Assembly (NCBI GenBank): GCA_017478185.1
Contig: JAFVEA010000009.1
Location: forward strand, 133,264-197,263
Reading direction: 5' to 3'
Length of the DNA: 64,000 nucleotides
Source of the DNA: Clostridia bacterium
Lineage (GTDB): Bacteria; Bacillota; Clostridia; Christensenellales; UBA1242
In this document: positions 64,000 to 64,000 of the stretch, in pieces
How the letters are laid out: every line of letters begins with the position of its first letter
Position numbering within the stretch: the stretch's first letter is position 1
Translations under genes and position numbers: made by a program
Notes under the pieces: generated by a model
Told to the model about the DNA's origin: nothing
What the model saw: only the letters and a program-made list of their open reading frames with translations
The model's database searches: none

Positions 64000-64000
64000 A

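Overview
This 64-kb window looks like core chromosome from a low-GC Bacillota (Clostridia-like) anaerobe, and I found no rRNA, tRNA, CRISPR array, transposase or integrase. The lineage call rests on spo0A, a yyaC-like gene, rubrerythrin and a desulfoferrodoxin-type superoxide reductase. Recognisable housekeeping genes are polA, rpmG-secE-nusG-rplK-rplA, ndk, an Rrf2 regulator plus sufCBDSU, ychF, helD-like, dnaB, class I lysS, serS, radC and a U32 peptidase. Between these lie very large repeat-rich surface proteins: a GLUG-repeat protein cut by the left edge, a 1160-aa Listeria-Bacteroides-repeat/BspA-LRR protein, a 1385-aa lipoprotein and a 1420-aa Listeria-Bacteroides-repeat protein. There are also two CPBP intramembrane proteases, a GT8/GT4 glycosyltransferase pair, a membrane-anchored ComEC-type MBL hydrolase and several orphan proteins. 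A long ORF missing from the supplied track (no stop in window) starts at 61123 and runs off the right edge; it is a DUF4011-like Upf1/Dna2-type SF1 helicase. No canonical defence or mobile system is complete in the window. The best leads that normal annotation would miss are: (1) a structured, GC-rich intergenic element present twice in inverted orientation (5499-5595 and 60813-60915) with a compensatory stem change; (2) a perfect 47-bp direct repeat (46774-46820 and 49693-49739) bracketing a 2.9-kb lipoprotein/GT8/GT4 block and giving two unrelated proteins the same C-terminal heptapeptide; (3) a G7 tract in the ribosome-binding site of the giant lipoprotein gene; (4) a surface and nuclease gene cluster at 49999-60743; (5) the edge-truncated helicase, which may belong to the Hhe-type single-gene defence family. 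All functional calls come from motif recognition by eye and nothing was searched against a database.
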